A stretch of DNA of 64,000 nucleotides. Source: Yuukianura sp. NJ FZ-2021. Its lineage: Eukaryota. A program made the translations under genes and the position numbers. The notes beneath the pieces were generated by a model. It did not search any database. It was not told where the DNA came from and saw only the letters and a list, made by a program, of their open reading frames with translations. The DNA is taken from positions 1,488,001 through 1,552,000 of the forward strand of contig CM102286.1 in the NCBI GenBank assembly GCA_046563655.1, written 5' to 3'. Every line of letters starts with the position of its first letter. Position 1 is the stretch's first letter. This document shows positions 60,419-64,000 of the stretch, in pieces.

Positions 60419-63400
60419 GTTAAAATTTTTGCGGGAATAGTCAAATTTTAGTTTTTGGTTTTAGAAATTACACTTTTTAGAACAGTAGGAGTTACTTCTC
60501 CGGAGGAGCCAGGGATGTTACTGGATTCGGATTGAAGAAAAAACCGGATTTTGGCTTTCTCCACTTCCGTCTGTGTTTTGGATGGAGAAGAAAATTTTCC
60601 TGCAAGGACTTCGACGCTCCAGGTTTTCATGTGCAACAGCCAAAGTGAAAGCAGCTTGCTTCCATTTCAAGAGTTTTTTTGGTGAAATTATTCGCAGAGT
60701 TTGTAGTACATATCACCGAGTTTCAAAAAAATGCATTATACAAATTGAAACTGTAAAAACAAAAAATCACACACAAGTTATTTTTAATGGCTTTCACTTT
60801 TCCACCGACGCTCTATTTATTTTCTCATGGATTCTGATTCACTCAACAGTCAACAGCGAAAAATGTTTCTCAAATCTAAAAAATGGCTCAGAGCATCGTT
60901 TTTCTTTTCTTTTCTTTTTTGTTTTCTTTCTTTTTGTTTTTTTTTTTTCTTTATTTTTTTAAAATACAAAATGTCCCAAACTGTACGGTTGTGCAAGCTT
61001 TAAATTTTTCAAAAAAAAAAAATTATTCACAAAGAGTTACACTATCTTAATTAAAATTCAAATCAGCCTATGTTTGTTTCAAATGAAATTAAATGAAAGC
61101 GACGGCGTTTGATCCGTATTTGTAAACAGCAGTCGAACGACGACCCATGCCTTGGTCACATCCTGCGCAAAGCGGTTTTGCACGCCGTTCTGTTTTTGAA
61201 TACATTAGATTAGGTTAACTTTTGTGAATATTTTGTTACGTTAGGCTAAGCTTGTCGAAAATGTTAGGCTAACTTAGGTAAGCTTTTGAGTAAAGTTTAT
61301 TTGCGTCATTCTCACATCATTTATCACAACATCAAAGCGAACTGGAGTAGCAAAAACAAATTCCAGGAAATTGAGTATTGCCTTAAGCCTGAACCTGTAA
61401 TATGCTCTAAGAAGTATGACGCTAAAATCAAGCTGTTTCAAATTTTTGATTTTTAGAAACCACGTTTTTTCAAATTTTTGCTCAAATTTTTTAACCTGAG
61501 CTGTGAAGTGATGCAAAGCAGGTGGATCCACCTTGCTTTATTTTTTTGTGTTTAAGTTAAGTGATTTCCAAGGATCAACAACTTTTAGCGTTGAAGGATA
61601 AAGCGCCTTTAGACTCCGCTTCCGGTTCCGAAGTCTACAGCTTTTTAGAAGCATACTAAAATGAAAATGTCGTAACGTGTGTTATTAAATGGACTATAAA
61701 CTAGAAAACTATAGACTTTTTTAGGCTTTCCATTCTCCCTCTGATCCATTCTGAATTTTGTTCGGAATTTAGAGCTTGTGTGCCAACTAGAACTTCCGAC
61801 GGGCATTCTGTTGCTTTCCAATTTTAAATCTTCCCGCTTTTTTTACTAGTTCACAAAATCCCTTTTTCTCGGAAAATGCGGACAGCAGAACCTTAACCTA
61901 AATGGGAAAACATAACCTTAACCTGAACGCCCAACGTAATGTACATCACATGGGAACAACGAAACATAAGCTTAACTCAAGCAATTTTGAAATTCTAGTT
62001 TTTTAGATACACACTCACGTTTTATAGTCAAAATAAACGTAACGTAATCTTGATTTTTATAACCTTACGTTGTCTTACTGTTAGTTTTTACAACTCAAGT
62101 AAAGCTTTAGTTTTTCGGAAATTTTGAATTTTGTTGCAAAATTTTGAAAATGTTGGGTGAAGAATTGTGAGAAACAAATTTAATTTGGAACGGATTTAAT
62201 TTCCGAAACAGAAAAGTGTATTTTGTTTGAAACTTTCGTGACTCCACTCAACCAATGTAAATTTTTGTGTTGAAATTCTAGTTTGAAAAAGTGTCAGGTA
62301 ATTCATTTGAACATGAAATGGAGGATTTCCTTTTCGTACAAACTTTTTTGACACATTCAATTATCCTCTTTTCCTTCTGGGTTTGCCACTTTTGAGCACC
62401 TAAAGTGGAAAGTACAGAAAAAAGTTTTACGTAAAACCAAGCTCTTTTTGAGGAAAGCTTTTTACTACAATTTGTTTTAAATTTTAGCTCAAAAACTTCT
62501 TTTTGGACTCTTTTTTCATTACTCTTTTAAAAAGTTTTGCTTACTTTTTTTATTACTTTATCAAAAGGACAAAAAAGTTAACACCTTTTTATGACCAATT
62601 TGAAGCAAAAGTTTGAAGGACTTTGTGGATTTGGAGGTAAATGTGCATTTTTTTAAATTGTGCTAAATCCCATTGCGAAAATAAAGGAAGTACAAAACGA
62701 CTCGGTAGTAAAATATGTTAATGAAGGTTTAGCACCTACCTTAACTTTTGGCGGCATTTTCAAACTTCCTTCCTCCTTACAAACCGGTTTCCCTCCTTTT
62801 CCATTTGACCAAACGACGTTTTTTACTGTCGCAAACTTTGTCCATGACCATGAAACTGATCTTGACAATGAACTTGATCTTGCTTCCTTTTTACACAAAA
62901 AAATTGCAAAATTTTGCAATGTAATCGTAGAACATCCAAAAAGTCAATTTGTCTTGCACTCATTCAAGAAAAAACTTGTTCAAATTTGCGAATTTTTGGT
63001 AATTAGCAACTCATCTCATGCGTTTCTTTAAAAGTGACTTAATCGCGTCTGTGCAAACTAAAATTTTGTAATTACTATTTAAACTTACAAATTGAATAAA
63101 TAAAACGTCTTTTTAAATTTGACAAAATTACAGTACATTTTTTTAGAAAAGAAAAATGTAAAGTCACCTACGTCAATTCTTTTTTTAAATGATAAAGTCC
63201 AAGGTCAAAATGTTAAAACTTTTAAATAAAAAAAAGAAATGTAAGGTGCAAACTCCAAAGTTCAGAAAATCAAAAGCAACTTTTTTATGATAAATTAGGT
63301 TTATTCAAATTGTATAACAAAAGTTGTAGTCAGAGCAACTGGTTTTCATGCTAGCAACTTTTTTTTTGATACAATGAAACAAATTTCAGAAAGTGTAAAT

Positions 63401-63497
63401 CAAATTTGACACAAAACGAGACCAAGTATGCAGCCAGAGTAATTTTTGAAAAAGTTTGCTTAGGGTGAAATAATTTTTAAAAAAACGAACCAGGAAG

Positions 63498-64000
63498 ATG
63501 AAAAAATCGGATTCGCGTGAAGCGGGAAAACCTGGAACTCCAAAATCACCAGGAAAAAATGAGCCTCGAAAATCCCCGGGAAAAGTTGAAACTCAAAAAT
63601 CGGCGGGAAAAGATGAAGTTCAAAAGTTATCGAGAAAGCGTGACACTCAGGAATCGATGGGAAATGTAGATTGGACAATCCAAATGACGGAACCATTGGA
63701 GGAACTTGAATATGCATCATCTCGGGAGTCAGGTCTTCAACAACGTCTTTTCCAATCTGATGACCATCATCAAATTGATCGAATTCGACGTCTTGCGCAT
63801 GAGCACCGCCTCAACCGGTCAAGATTTCAAAGAGTTCGGGAATGCCACTTTGTTCGCTTCTGGAAACATTTGCCTCATCTCCTCTGGAGTTTTTTCATTG
63901 AAGCTCTGTACATTCCTGCCTATAGATTTGAGTGGGGCAAATTCCGAAATTGGTCATATGAGGAACATGGACGGAGAAACTATGAGTTGGATTCAAAACG
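63498..64000 (+). CDS. 5' part of an uncharacterized ORF running off the window, with N-terminal 9-aa KSPGKxExx-like repeats
   Basis: ATG at 63498 opens at least 167 stop-free codons: MKKSDSREAGKPGTPKSPGKNEPRKSPGKVETQKSAGKDEVQK...WKHLPHLLWSFFIEALYIPAY...; composition shifts to coding-like GC. Confidence 0.6.
   Translation, partial: MKKSDSREAGKPGTPKSPGKNEPRKSPGKVETQKSAGKDEVQKLSRKRDTQESMGNVDWTIQMTEPLEELEYASSRESGLQQRLFQSDDHHQIDRIRRLAHEHRLNRSRFQRVRECHFVRFWKHLPHLLWSFFIEALYIPAYRFEWGKFRNWSYEEHGRRNYELDSK

Noticed and set aside
62653..63031. 123-aa + ORF and overlapping 88-aa - ORF
   Set aside because: Non-ATG start, no motif and no supported splice partners; cannot be called.
1..64000. Most remaining 60-110 aa ORFs in the track
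   Set aside because: F/K/N/L-rich translations of low-complexity AT DNA, antisense shadows of real exons, or exon plus intron read-through.

Overview
AT-rich eukaryotic genomic DNA with many short (about 55-130 nt) GT-AG introns; not a prokaryotic locus, and no CRISPR, rRNA or confident tRNA. Gene content (Drosophila-type NDUFA3, CalpA/B-type calpain, serine-protease homolog, C-type lectins) points to an arthropod; a springtail-like hexapod is my inference, not a proven assignment. Layout: last two exons of a class-B/adhesion-type GPCR (4-7.8 kb); an ~11 kb gene desert; a compact housekeeping block AUH<-|->OST4 and GFER<-|->NDUFA3 (the two small genes are absent from the ORF track); then a run of + strand, mostly divergent genes: orphan Pro-rich protein, catalytically dead serine-protease homolog, calpain, mini GOLIM4-like protein, an intron-containing bacterial AsnO-type amidotransferase (probable horizontal transfer, with a decayed duplicate), divergent M16A peptidase, acid sphingomyelinase, C-type lectin and a catalytically dead rhomboid; then two more lectins, a CD20/MS4A-like 4-TM gene and an ORF running off the right edge. 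Gene models were spliced by hand; family calls come from recalled motifs, not database searches.
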